Source of the DNA: Camelus dromedarius
Taxonomy: Eukaryota
Direction: 5' to 3'
NCBI RefSeq assembly: GCF_036321535.1
Contig: NC_087441.1
Location: forward strand, 5,859,001-5,892,000
Length of the DNA: 33,000 nt
The notes beneath the pieces are model-generated. The model was not told where the DNA came from, ran no database searches, and was given only the letters and a program-made list of their open reading frames with translations. The number at the start of each line of letters is the position of its first letter. Positions within the stretch are counted from its first letter, which is position 1. Shown here piece after piece: positions 10,466 to 21,674 of the stretch. The translations under genes were made by a program, and so were the position numbers.

Positions 10466-11451
10466 GGGTCGGGGGAAGCAGGCGGGAGTGAAGGGCCCCC
10501 GCCTTGGAGACGTCCAGCCTCTGATCTGATTCTCAGCTCGCCCGATCCCCTCCCGTCCTCTGGACCTCAGAGTCTGTCACCAGGAAGTTCCCTGAATCTC
10601 TCATCTCTGCACATCCCGTTCCTCCTTGCTCTGCCCTAAGCAGGTGGAGCTGTGTGATTCTGAGGCAAATGATTACCTAGCTCTTTGGATCACAAATCCA
10701 AGCTGCAATTCTCAGCAGGCCTTACTAGGAACAAAATATAAATTAGTGTTCCCTGTCTTGCCCTTTACTCTGCCTCTAAATTGGTTAGCTACTCAACAAA
10801 TAAAACTGAATGTTCTTTCACCCTCCCAGCCACAGGGCTTCCTTCCCTCAGAGGCTGTGGGGAAGCACGTGGCTGTCAGCGGTCGGCTGGGAAACCAGCC
10901 ACTGCACCTCCCTCTTTGCTTCAGCACACCTGGACCTCTGTTTCCTTGGCAGGCCAAAGTTTTCATTTTCGTGACTGGCTTGCCTCCATCCAGCAGCACT
11001 GGCGAGGGTTTAATGACCAGATCTCTGAGGAAAACAGCCCTGCTTTGTAGTCACTGCCAATTTCTGTGGTCCACTGAAAGCCACCAATCTGTCCTCACTG
11101 AAGACAGGCTTGGGAAGAAGCACACGTGTGGCCCTTGAGCCAGTGCAAGCCGGCTCCAGTACAGCCCATCACCTTTGGAACGAGTCTGCTACATTCCTCT
11201 CACTGGATCCAGAGACTGGATGATCCTGACACTGCCTTTAATTACCATGGCTATTCATGCTTCTCTGAAGGTGGGAAGCTGGATTTGAGGACAGGAATGA
11301 CTTACTATCCTACCTGTTAGCCAACAAAATCAGTATCTCAGTATACCGTCTTGCTGCACACAGGCTCCTCACAGTGGATGTTTGCTTAGGCAGCAGTAGG
11401 GTTTTGCTGAGCTTTGTGCCTTAATGCCTTAATGCTATTTTCCTACATCAG

Positions 11452-11553
11452 ACTGTATATATATTTTAACTTTATGTATGTATTTATATGTATACTTAAC
11501 CATATATATGCTTTTTTTTAATACACACACACACACATACACACATACACATA
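11452..11553. repeat. Low-complexity (TA)n/(CA)n tract
   Basis: tatatatattttaactttatgtatgtatttatatgtatac...atacacacacacacacatacacacatacacata. Confidence 0.8.
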
Positions 11554-11774
11554 CTGTTGACCTTGAACCACATGGTTTGAACTGTGGCAGTCCACTTACA
11601 TTGGGTTTTTTCCAACACAGTACTGCACGGACTGCGTTGGTTGAATCTGTACATGCAGAACTTTGGATATGAGGCTTGGTCAAGTGACTTGAGCATCTGT
11701 GGATTTGGGTATCCACACCTGTCCTAGAACCAGTGCCCCCCTTCCACCTCCCCACGTATATCGAGGGATGACTA
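11554..11774. mobile_element. TcMar-Tigger MITE (Tigger2/MER8-like left end, MER2-like right end)
   Basis: TA|ctgttgaccttgaaccacatggtttgaactgtggcagtccactta ... gttggttgaatctg ... gacttgagcatctgtggatttgggtatcc ... tcgagggatgacta|TA. TA dinucleotides flank both ends (11552-11553, 11775-11776). Confidence 0.85.
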
Positions 11775-13229
11775 TATATGTAGTTCACACACATGTACAC
11801 ACAGTAGTGATTCTAAACCATTCTACCCTCTAATATACAATTATTTTGGATGTATAGAATAATAGAACATGTATAAAACATTCAGACCGTTTTACCCAAT
11901 TTAGGTTAGAATCTTTATTTAATTATGACATGCTGTCTAGAGAGATTACGCACAGCCCTCTCCTGTGGTTTAATAGGGAGTCACATTTGGAGGCCAGTTT
12001 CTCCTGGGCCTCAGCAGCCTGGTGATGTTTCGACATCTGGAGAGCAGGCCGAGGCCACTCTGTGATGCCGGAGGGAGCTGGCACAGGGAAGCCACCGGGA
12101 ACACTTCAGCGCGCTGGCGAAGGGGCAGTGACCCAGTGTTACCCGTGTTTTAGGGAAACATACACATACAAACTCCTTTTGTCCAATTTTTTCCTTTGTC
12201 AAAAGGAGAGGTCTGCTATCAATACGTTGCCCTGAAATGGAGGTAGAAGAATTTGCCTTTTGTAATGGAAAGAAAGCAACATGCAGAGAATTGTCCTGTG
12301 ACTGAGCTGCTTGCTCTGATTCATCACTTAATGAACCGGCCTGGCTCGCTGCCGGCTCCATTACCAGCCGGTCCAGCTCCAGCTCTCCCGGCAAGCCTGC
12401 TCCTTCAAGCCCTGAGCTGAAGCGTTGAAAGCAGCACGGGAGGGTCAAAGGGTCCTTTCTGAGAATCTTTGTAACTAGTTACTTCCTGGAGAAAATCACC
12501 CTTTTGCCATCATACCTATCTATGTTAAAGTGCGTGAAATTATTGGGTATTTCCTGTGGCCAAGATGAATTCACCAAGTGCCATAAACAAAACCCCATGC
12601 TTGTCAGTAAGTGCTTTAAAAACCAGTATCTTTGTTTTTATATCCTCTTCTCTGTTTAAATTAGCTCCTCACCGTTGTTTGTAATCAATTATCTGAATGC
12701 CATTGTTCCTGTGTACCAGACCGAAAATTCAACATCAGCGTGTTTATGGGACAGTGGTGTAGAATATTTAATATTTGGACCATGTCAGAAAAATCTAGGG
12801 TGTTTTGCCATAGAACTTTTGTAATATCCTATCCCACGAGTATTTGGACATGAGAAAATTAAGACGAGAATTCACTCCCTCAAGGAACCTGGGGGAAGCC
12901 GTCTGGTCTGAACTGATGCTCTTTCTCTCCCTTGTCTATTTTTATTATTTTGTTATTTATTATTTATTGCTTTATTAGTTCTTTTATCCTTCCGTTTATC
13001 TTCTCACTGAAAACATTTCTTCTCTCTGAATTCATTGTATTTATCATGTCTGTCTGTTCCTTGGGCTGCTGATCTGAATTGCTTTTTGACTTTTATTATT
13101 AAATTTATTACATACTATTTATCTCTTGAATTTGATCATTTACCCCGTAACAGCAGAATCCGGACGGATGTTTCACTGGCATCACCCAGAGACCCCGAGC
13201 ACCTCCTCAGATCTGCTTCTGCCCCTTCT

Positions 13230-13455
13230 AATTGGACCCCCTTTTGCTTCCATTTCAACAAGTTAAAATCCTATCTATATTTCAAATAATCCAGTTCTGG
13301 AAAGACTTTCTTCATAACTTCAGCTTTGAATTGTTTCTGCTTCCTCTGAATTCACCTAAAACATCCCATTTGTCTGTGTTTCTTAGTGTATTACTTCCCT
13401 CCTGTACTCAGTCCTACAGTGCGCACTGAGTACAGTGCCTGGAGAATAGCACCTC
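13230..13455 (+). mobile_element. L2 3' region
   Basis: atcctatctatatttcaa...gaaagactttcttc...cttcctctgaattcacct and the terminal agtacagtgcctggagaatag (L2 agcacagtgcctggcacatag). Confidence 0.6.
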
Positions 13456-13639
13456 TTCCAGGAACATCTGTAGGTAACTGGAAAAAAAGAATACATGGTT
13501 AGAAAAATGGACAACGTATGTTCAGGAAGCAGGTGATGATTCTGACCTGATTGAAGATAACCAGGTGATGCCATGAGTAGGCTGATGAGGGGGCAAGGCA
13601 TTAGGAAATAAGCTTTTGTTTGCAAAGGTAGCACATGCT

Positions 13640-13800
13640 ATATCGGCATATGGAGATACATAAATAAGAAATTAAACATTACCTGTAATCCCACTTTCTA
13701 ATATAAGCACTGTTCATTTTCATTTGGACTTCCTTTATCTGAAGATCAGACATTTTGTACATATTTTATAAAAGCACAAAGCTGCATATTATTTTCGGTT
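13640..13800 (-). mobile_element. L1ME 3' remnant
   Basis: aaacattacctgtaatcccactttctaatataagcactgttcattttc resembles antisense L1ME (ttacctgtaatcccaccacccagagataaccactgttaacatttt). Confidence 0.5.
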
Positions 13801-14644
13801 TTCCCCACGACTCCCTCGGAGTGATTTTAGCTGCAGCTATAGAGGGAAAGCATTGGTCATCTATTGGGATAAATCCCATGATAACTTTTATAAATACGGA
13901 TTTATATAATACTATTTTGTGATTCTAACTATCGAATGCACTGAAAGGTGTTCTCATCTGGACTCATTTTTGGACAATGGGAGATATGTTTATGCAAATG
14001 CTTTTCCGACGTTTCTCACCGGCAGTCCGGCCTGTGCAATTTGTGGCTGATTTACCGTGGCCTCGCCACTCCACATTTATCACCCTGGCCGTGCTGACAC
14101 AGCTGCTGGGTGGAGGACGCCCGCGCTGTCCTGGCCTTGCAGGTGGGCGAGGGCTGCTGCGAGGCCAGCTGCCAATTTCAAGTAAGAGACTCTGCAGGCA
14201 GACAGGCTTAGAGTTTCCAGTCTCTTTGCCCTTCACCTCAACCTATGATTTGCCGTAGATCTATACCCTGGACTCTTTTAAACATTTCCCCCCATCACTT
14301 TGCTACACTCTCCTTCCCAAGCAAATTGCAAAGAAGCCACAAGCATCAATCTGCAATAAGAATCAGGCCACTGCCCTAGCTCTCCTAAAATTAAAGCTGT
14401 GGGGCGGAGGGTGAGGAATCTCCCAGATCCTCATCTAGTTGGCCGTGTTTTAACTGCTACTCCAGAAATGTGAAGTTGAAATTCACCACATTATCTTGCA
14501 AGTTCTATCTATCCACGTAGCTTTGCCCAGTACCAAAATGACATCCCACTGTCAGCAAAGACTCCAGCAACCGTAGCCTCGAAACCTCTGGCTTCATAAT
14601 CATGTGTGTGACCTCTGTGAGCCACAGCAGTTTTAGATGAACAG

Positions 14645-14815
14645 TGACTGTGCTGAGCACTAACTATATGTACCTTCATTTCCTCATCTGAAAGATGAAG
14701 GTAATCATATCCATTTTGGAGCATCGTTGTGAAGTACGCATTAAAATACCGTAGATGCAGGGATGTTGTGAAAGCATTAAAAAATGCACAGAAGTGGCAA
14801 ATAAATATTATTGGT
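14645..14815 (+). mobile_element. MIR SINE
   Basis: Core cttcatttcctcatctgaaagatgaaggtaat, then gttgtgaag, gtgaaagcatt and caaataaatattatt. Confidence 0.75.
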
Positions 14816-16009
14816 GTGGCACATTCGTGATTCTCTGAAACCTGTAGCTCGTTTCCCCTCTACCTTGCACCCGTCGTGACTCAGTTCCAGAGCATACAAT
14901 TTTTTTCAAGTAAAATGCTTTTGTAATTCAGAAGATTCACTCTACCCAAATAACCTCTTGGTCATTGTGATTCATTTGTAGTGTTTTAGTTTTACAGACT
15001 TATTTTAACTGGAAAGGAGCCACATATAAGACAGCCTAAAGTCTCAATTACCAGTATCAATTATAGGAGTTTTGTTGTACTGTGGAAAACTTGCTTTGTT
15101 CCAAGTTGTTTTGTTATATTCATTCTTTCAAAATTCAGTAATCAGAAATTCGTTCTTGATTTTCATGAAGATGTAGCAGATGAGAAAAGCTCTGTCTGTA
15201 AAGTGCACTGCATGTGCCATGAACAACACAAGCTGTAATAGAGGGGGGAAGTGTACACTTCTAAACCAAAATGTGGTATAGAAGCAAAATTGTTTTTTAA
15301 GAACTGACACATATGGTACCTAAATTTATTATTTATCATTTTAAATTGCATTGCTTTGGCCATCTAATCATTAAACTCCTGTGTTCTCCAATACCGGTAA
15401 AATGTACTAATCTTCTTATAGAAAGAAAATGAGCCTAAACAGAGCTGATAATACTTCACAGCAAGATGTTGGATTAGGCCTTTGGATTCTGAAAAGGGAG
15501 ACTTAAAGCATCCATAAGAAAGGTTGATGGCTCAACTGAAAAAGCAGAAAAGCCAAGTAGAAGGGATGTTGAGAGAGGAAAGTCATGAAATGCCAGCTGA
15601 CCTTTTAGCATATTGTGTAGTTGTGTTCTTCACTTATAAATTAAAAGAGAGATTCAGGCTTTTGGGCTCTAGGAAGCTGCAGATGGAAATAAATGCAGCA
15701 TGTGTCAACTTCAGCCTGAACAAAAGAGAAGAGAATATGACTACTGAACACTGTTGGCCCTGCTCACTCTTTATCTGCTTTCTGGGCCAGCGGTGCAGGA
15801 CAGTGATGATGTGAAACACCCAGAGAAGAAAAGACTCTGAAAAGAACATCATCTGTCACTGACTGAGCCACTGGGGTTATTTTTTTCTCTGCTTCAATTG
15901 TCCTGCACGAGAGAACGTGCCCCCCCTCCCCCGCTGTATGTTCCTACGTAGTCATGACTGTTGCATGCTGAATGTTCCCTTCTGCGAGGACAATAACCAA
16001 TTTTTATTC

Positions 16010-16080
16010 AGTTCTCCAAACACTATATTGTGTAGAACTAAAACATGACCAGAAAATAGATCAGTGGAATGGCTTTTCTG
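16010..16080 (+). mobile_element. Possible L1 ORF2 remnant
   Basis: aaaacatgaccagaaaatagatcagtggaa translates to KHDQKIDQWN, compared with L1 ORF2p HKNRHIDQWN. The match is short. Confidence 0.3.
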
Positions 16081-16256
16081 TTGTTCCAAATTTAATTTCA
16101 GCCTCAGGAATTGAGATACAGAAAAAGCAAGTGAACCTAGAACCAAACACAAGAGATGTAAGAGTAGAAAATGGTCCCTCATCTTATAAAAGCTCAAAAA
16201 AGCTTGGCACTGTGAAAATAAGGATACATTAGCCCCCAAGTAATTTTTTTATGCCC

Positions 16257-16724
16257 TGTTTCAGTTATCTTTTGAAACATAACAAACTATCCCAAATTTT
16301 GGCACCTTTAAACAACAACATTCTATTATTTCACCATTATTTAGGTTAGGAATTTAGGTGGGGCTCAGCTGGGCAATTTTTCTGCTCTACACAGATGGGC
16401 TGAGTTCTCTTGGTGGTGCAGCCAATGGAGGAGCTCATATGTGTGGTGTCTTGGCTGGAAGGATGGCTGTTGATGGGGAACACATGGCCTTTCCCGCATG
16501 GGCAGCATTAGAGCTCAGGGCTCCCAGGGAGAGCATTCCAAGAGACAGGACGTGGAAGCCACCTGTCTCAGACCTGGGCCCGGAAACTGGAAGAGCATCA
16601 CTTCCACTGTTTTCTATTGAGCAAAGCAGTCACAGGATCCACTCTGATTCCAGGAGGGGGCAGAGGCTTCACCTCCAGTGGGAGGAATGCAAAAGGATCC
16701 CCAACCATTTTCAGTGCTTTCATA
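16257..16724 (-). mobile_element. Old MaLR LTR, MLT1H/I group
   Basis: Starts tgtttcagttatcttttgaaacataacaaactatcccaaa. Contains ggctcagctgggcaatt, gagcattccaagagac, catcacttccactgttttctattg and gcagtcacagg. Confidence 0.88.
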
Positions 16725-16829
16725 GCCCTTGCCTCTGTAAATGTAAACGTAGTAACCTCATGAGTGTAAGCAGCCCCAAGAGCTGTATTTTCCCCTCATC
16801 TGTGATCATTCTTCACCCATCGCTTGTCC

Positions 16830-17075
16830 CCTGGGACCTGCCTGCTTCATCTCCGCTTGATCTCTTCTCCCAGAATGCAGTGGGTTTTCCTTCCTACTCA
16901 TAACACACTGGTTTCCAGCCCTTAACTATACTGGTTCAGGTCCCACCAACTAAGCTGCCTAAATGCCCTCCAAGGGTCTCCCAGGCTCCTGCCTCTGGAT
17001 GACTCTTGCTTATCCTTCCTTGCTCAGCTTCTCCAAGAAGCCTTCCCTCAGAGCCTGACCCTTGCCCCCACTGTG
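16830..17075 (+). mobile_element. L2 fragment
   Basis: cctgcctgcttcatctcc, tgcctaaatgccctcc, cttatccttccttgctcagc and gaagccttccctc follow L2 3' order. Confidence 0.55.
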
Positions 17076-17077
17076 CC

Positions 17078-17150
17078 CTTATTCATTTATTCACTCATTT
17101 ACTTATTCAAGTATTTGCTTAACAAATATTTGTCGAGGCACAAGCAGGCA
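17078..17150 (-). mobile_element. L2 3' tail
   Basis: ttattcatttattcactcatttacttattc...aacaaatatttgtcgaggcac. Confidence 0.6.
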
Positions 17151-17929
17151 CCCCAGCTAACTGCAGGTGGGGAAGAGCAGGATGAGATTAGCTGGGCAAT
17201 CTCATTGACCTCAGAAGCTAAGCTGGGGATTCAAGTCTCCAGGTAGCATAACCGTTCTGTATTGTGGACTCTCAGCATTATTAACGTCCTCAGTGTGCAG
17301 GCAGGTCAGGCCACAGTCAGCAGACTCCAGCTCCGGGAGACCCATGTTGCAGAGTGTGCTCAGTTCCTTTCGTCAGACACTCAGCTCTCTCTCTTGCTGA
17401 CTCTGAGTCAGTGGGAAAAAGAGAAAAATTGCCTGGCTCGGTAAAGTTGGAGGTTTGATCAAGGTGTTTAATAGCTAGGGTTGGAATTCAATTTGAATTT
17501 TCCTGCTGTGGCAGTTAAACATGAGGCTTTATATTACCACTTCTCTTTTATTCTTCTCAGCTGTATTTTTACTAAAAAAAATTTCCCACTCATCATGAAG
17601 GCAACCAAATGTAAGAAATCAGTAAAAAGGTTTCTTTTTTTTTTTTTTTTAAATAATAGCACCAAAAAACTGTAAAATATCCTGGTTATAGCATAGAGCA
17701 AGGTGTGATCCTTTGAGATAGCATCTATTACCACCTCAGAATTTGGAGTTCCTTCAAATTCACTGCCATAAAGTTAGATTTTGGGAACAGAACAAAATGT
17801 TAGCATTAAAGGAATAGAGTTATAAGTAATGAGAAACATTTAACCAATATTCATACCATTTTATCCTTGTAAATAATAATTTGAAAATGATTAAAGCAAT
17901 ATAGCAAGCTAGACACTGACAGTGATGTG

Positions 17930-18530
17930 CTCGTGAGCACATGCAAGAGGGAGCTCTAAGAGCTATGACCACTTGGAAGGGTTTTCTGGAGAAAGCCAAA
18001 ATTCATTTGGAACATAAAAATGGAAAGAAGGTCAAGGGTGAAGATGTTGAAAAGATCATGTTCCAGATATAGAGAAATAAATGAGCGAAGAAAGATTTGC
18101 AACACGTTAAGGTCCAGGCAAGGCACTCATAAGAAATGAGTCTTGGAAAGGCAGGTGGGCGCCGTATTGAGGGTGGCTTCATATCCCATCCTGACGCCTT
18201 GGTTTTCAGTTTAGAAAGAAATGGAACTCCACTGAAGTCTTTGAGAAAGTACAGGTGTTCTCACAGCTGTGACTGAGGAAGATTAATCTCTTAGTCCTTT
18301 GTAGTCTGAATTAGAGTTAAGCAAGATAGTTCCAGGAGTACCACAGTGTTCTAGGAAAGAAACAGTGAGGACTGAACTGGAGCAGTGACTGGTTGGAACA
18401 GGGCTGGGAGAACATGGGAAAGCCACTTAAGACGGCGGCCACTAAAGGATTTGCAACCATCCGATGGTGGTGCTGATGGTTAGCAGACGTTAAGGGGGAG
18501 TAGTGCGGTTAATGACTAGAGGCCGTGGTG
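17930..18530 (-). mobile_element. L2 body fragment
   Basis: aaatgagtcttggaaaggcaggtggg, gaaatggaactccactgaagtctttgag, gaggaagattaatct, gaggactgaactggagcagtgac and ggttaatgactagagg are collinear with the antisense L2 consensus. Confidence 0.75.
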
Positions 18531-18661
18531 TCACAACAGTGTCTGCAAGGGTTAGAACTTGCCATCTGAGAGCGCAGTAAAAGCCGCTCCATTTAGCGCG
18601 TAAACTGAGCAGCGTGCTGGGCTCAGCTGGCACGGGAGCAGGACCGATGACGAGGGTGGCG

Positions 18662-18785
18662 TTTCACTCAATATGCTTGCTCATTCAAAAACAGTGTATC
18701 GCGTTCTTCTCTGTGCCAGGCTGAGTCCTAAAAATTTTTGACACAGCAGAGATAAAGTCCACAGTGCTTTCTAGGGGAAGAGCAC
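18662..18785 (-). mobile_element. L2 3' tail
   Basis: gctcattcaaaaacagtgtatcgcgttcttctctgtgccagg...gacacagcagagataaagtcc...ttctagggga. Confidence 0.65.
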
Positions 18786-18944
18786 GAGGTGTCGTGAGCA
18801 AGTCTGAGAATCAGCACAGCAGCAGAATGGGAAAGACAGAGCTCCTTTTAAACTCCAAATCGTCATTTCTTGTTTGCCCTGCGAGCCTGGCTGGTCACGA
18901 TCATGATCACAGTCGAACTTTTCTTGGTTTTTGTTTGCTGAGCA

Positions 18945-19100
18945 CCAAGCTCAGTGTGTAAAAGAGATTTTATTCTTTAGCCCTCACAGAACCTGTGGGT
19001 AGAAAGCGCTGACTGCATAGTGTGTGTTTCACAGGTGGGAACCGAGGCTCAGGCAGGATGCACAGCTTGCTCAAGGTCACACACGTGGGAAGCCCCTGTT
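18945..19100 (-). mobile_element. MIR SINE
   Basis: cctcacagaacctgtgggtag...tttcacaggtgggaaccgaggctcagg...cttgctcaaggtcacaca is the antisense MIR core. Confidence 0.85.
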
Positions 19101-20509
19101 CCTTCAACAGCGAGACAGATTGCCTGGTGCAGGGGCAGACAGTGTGTGGGGGTTAAGCCCGGTGTCTGTTTTAAACCATATCCTCTTTATGGTCAACATC
19201 TTGCATCTGTGGGATATTTCGTTTCCTAATGAGGACAAAGCCAACTCGATGACGTGAGGTATAAACCAGGGACCAAGCCCCCTAAATTCTGTGCTGTAAC
19301 TGGCTAAGCTAATCATTGCCGTGTCCGTACAATTTTGTATTATCTCCACTTCCATGTTACTAGTAAACTCCTGCTGTTTGGGATTGTCTCCACCTTTGCT
19401 TGACAGACCTCACTGAAATCAGCTTTTGATTTAATACTCCGAAAGGGGAGTCTAGAAATACTTCCTTATTAAGCACATTTAAAATAAAATACTAATTTCT
19501 ATCACCAGATTTGTTCTCTAGAGCCTTTAACTGATGACCAATTTCACTAAATTACCATTATTTTAAGAATATTAAGATACAGGCACTTAGAGAAGATGAA
19601 GATTTATAACAACAATATTGAGATTGTTTGCCTTATTTCAAGCTTCAAAAAAGCTGCCCCTTTACAGGGTATAGTTACGGATCATCCAAAGAGCCTATTG
19701 GGATAAACAGGGACTGTATTGGGAATTTGTAAACCATCCACTTCCAAAAAGACTGCACAAGAATATTTGTAAGAAGTCTAAATAAGGACTAAACAATGCC
19801 TCGCTCTTAAAAGCGTGCCACCGCGTGCATCTCTCCATGTTGAACAGCGCTCATAACCTACTTTTGCTTTTCTTGAAACAGCCAATTCTCTCTATTAAGA
19901 ACTATAATTAGATCTAACTGCTTTCTCCATAGGTGGCTCACACATTTCAGGTCTTTTACTTCTGAAAAACCCAGATTGTGTCAGAGTGAAAATGTCATCG
20001 CCTCCTCCCCTGTAGACGTGCACGCACTTCACGAAGCCATCATGAGGTCTGGCTGCAGTTTGGAGCCCTTGAAAATGCCCTAGGAGTGTTCTAGGGCTTA
20101 GGTATCTTGGGGAAAAGGTCTGATGCTTAGAGGACATTCTTAGAATAAGTTTTCCATAGTTTCTGAAGAATTCCTCAAGCTTATAAACCCTCCAAGCCTC
20201 ACATTTAGGAGAACAGGTATCCAGCAAAATAACCCCGCCGTTATCTTTGATACCCAACTTTCAGTCATACACAGAGCAGTGGGAAATTGGAGGAAGTAAA
20301 CAGAAATGGGAAGAACTCACTGCTCTCTTAGCTTTAACCTCTCATTACAAAAAGTGCCTTTTAGTTTAAAAAGAAAAGTCACTTTTATAGTAAGATGGTT
20401 TTGAACAGCTCAGGCTGTGCCTCATGTTTCCTCGGGGCATCCGTGAACTCAGGGGTGATGCCATCAGCCAGAGAAGTAGCAAAGCCAAGGCTGAGCCGTG
20501 GTCCTCCTG

Positions 20510-20539
20510 CCCCCCCCCACCCCCGTCCACCCTCTCCCC
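20510..20539 (-). other. G-quadruplex-forming motif on the minus strand
   Basis: Plus-strand C tracts ccccccccc-a-ccccc-gtcca-ccc-tct-cccc give four G3+ tracts on the minus strand. Confidence 0.5.
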
Positions 20540-20659
20540 TTGTCTTTAAACATAGCTGCGACCTGACTCGGTGCAGCCGTAAAACTCTCCTAGAGCATTT
20601 TAGAGACGTTTAAAAGAATGCCCCTCATAACATGCTCTATTACAGTGATGGTGGTGATG

Positions 20660-20730
20660 GTTATTTCTCACCTTGTAACGCGGGTGAAATCTCCCTCGGG
20701 ATGGATTGAGGATGCGCTGAGAAATACCGA
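20660..20730 (+). mobile_element. MIR core remnant (possible)
   Basis: tatttctcaccttgtaacgcgggtgaaatctccctcgggatggattgaggat, weak match to the MIR core. Confidence 0.35.
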
Positions 20731-21273
20731 CCACTGCTCAGAACTGTCACTTCCCTTTCTGCTATAAAGGCATGTTCCGACTGCTGGCTGGTATCCTGGT
20801 TGGCAGTGTCCTCTGGAAGAAGGGATGGTTCTAAGACCCAGTGGGACGATCTCTGCCTCCGGCGGACAAGTGGGGAGTGGAGCGGAATCTGCTATGAAAT
20901 AGCATTATGGGAAGTGATCTCTGCTTAAAAACTGAAGTGGTCATTCCCCTGTTGCCTTGTAGATCCACTTACTGGGATTTAGAGTTACATTCCCCAAATG
21001 AATCAACAGCGCCGAGAGAGGAGTAAGACAGACTTTGCTGGGAGAATCCCTGGGCGTCACGTTCAGGGTGCAGGTGGCTAGGAGGACAGCGGGGTCGTCC
21101 CCGAGTCTGTCTGCTCACCTCTGTTAGGACCACGTAAGGCTGAGAGAGCACCAGCCTCTCCACGGTGTCTCCTCAGGGTTTATATCCACCTCTGGACCTG
21201 CCCACCATCAGCGTGCGAGCCCCTAACTTGGCACACTTTTCTCAGTGCGTAACAGATATAAATTGCTGTATTT

Positions 21274-21674
21274 CCTAAGTGAAGTCAGCCAGAAAGAGAA
21301 AGAAAAATACCATACGATATCACTTATAGGTGGAATCAAAAAAAAAAATGACACAAATGAACTTATTTACAGAACAGAAACAGGCTCACAGACATAGAAA
21401 ACAAATCTATGGTTACCGGTGGGGAAGGGATGGGGGATGGAGGGATAAACTGGTGGTTCAGGATTTGCAGATACAAGCTACTATACACAAAATGAACAAC
21501 CAGGCCCTACTGTATAGCACAGGGAACTATATTCAATATCTTGTAATAACCTTTAATGAACAGAATATGAAAAGGAATATATATAGAGAGAGATAGCTAT
21601 ATATAATTGAATCACTGTGCTGTACACCAGAAATTAACACAGCGTTGTAAACCAACTGTACTTCAATTAAATAA
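21274..21674 (+). mobile_element. 5'-truncated lineage-specific L1 (camelid-type 3' end) with perfect 16-bp TSD
   Basis: ctaagtgaagtcagccagaaagagaaagaaaaatacc...ctgtatagcacagggaactatattcaatatcttgta...ctgtacaccagaaattaacac...cttcaattaaataa. Flanked by ataaattgctgtattt at 21258-21273 and 21675-21690. Confidence 0.96.

Noticed and set aside
10626-11138. 170-aa ORF with overlapping ORFs on both strands
   Set aside because: No family resemblance and no convincing splice sites; consistent with chance in moderately GC-rich DNA.
12011-12448. 145-aa minus-strand ORF with a protein-like start (LEGAGLPGELELDRLVMEPAASQ)
   Set aside because: No recognisable homology; degenerates into low-complexity text (FVCVCF); no good donor found.
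15799-15865. C-box-like GTGATGA (15803) with downstream CTGA motifs and an imperfect hairpin, a possible C/D snoRNA
   Set aside because: No terminal stem closes the C and D boxes, there is no credible C' box, and the C box is itself paired within the hairpin.
16358-16903. 181-aa ORF
   Set aside because: Lies largely within an MLT1 LTR and adjacent L2; not coding.
21330-21596. 88-aa ATG ORF
   Set aside because: Entirely L1 3' UTR sequence.
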